From Tubulanus polymorphus (taxonomy: Eukaryota > Animalia > Nemertea): 64,000 nucleotides of DNA. The first letter of the stretch is position 1. Each line of letters opens with the position of its first letter. Shown one piece after another: positions 63,794 to 64,000 of this stretch. The stretch lies in the NCBI RefSeq assembly GCF_964204645.1, contig NC_134031.1:620001-684000 (forward strand), read 5' to 3'. The notes beneath the pieces were generated by a model. It was not told the origin of the DNA. It was given only the letters and a program-made list of their open reading frames with translations, and did no database searches. The position numbers were made by a program, and so were the translations under genes.

Positions 63794-64000
63794 GTAAATG
63801 CGACCTAAACACGACCCGTTACATCACCGATAGTACGGTTTATATACATCCCGTCTATTAATCTTAGAAATTACGTTTTTAGAAGAATATTTGAAGTTTG
63901 GTCATCTTTTCAAATCTAATTAATTTCTCAATGTTCTATTTTGTTGTTTCTATGATTTGTGTTAAGAAAATAAACCATTTTGATCGTTAATACTTTCATT

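Overview
Eukaryotic (intron-rich invertebrate-like) genomic DNA, not prokaryotic. It holds two divergently oriented spliced genes, which I reconstructed exon by exon with consistent splice phases. (1) A class A (rhodopsin-like) neuropeptide-type GPCR on the minus strand: 5 coding exons from 19269 down to 713 covering TM1-TM6, with TM7 presumably left of the window. (2) A type II membrane M13 zinc metallopeptidase (neprilysin/ECE family) on the plus strand, from 45616 to beyond 63793, with the HEITH zinc motif in the last visible exon. The M13 gene carries two paralogous 162-nt exons (51701-51862, 52862-53023) that look mutually exclusive and differ at the positions matching neprilysin's S2' subsite arginines. 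One of its introns contains a complete, very young BEL/Pao LTR retrotransposon (56728-62750) with identical 217-bp LTRs, a GAACG TSD and a tRNA-His PBS. Between the genes lies a ~1.5-2 kb direct duplication. Each copy has a TATA box and a small ORF with signal peptide, acidic spacer, RR and Cys-loop architecture, whose putative mature part is hypervariable between copies. Non-coding highlights are tandem minimal type I hammerhead ribozymes (1-210), a minisatellite that multiplies a GPCR splice donor about 18 times, three TG..CA elements with tRNA-like A/B boxes, several MITE families and many mini/microsatellites. Most ORFs in the supplied track are repeat-derived noise. All calls are by eye; no searches were run.
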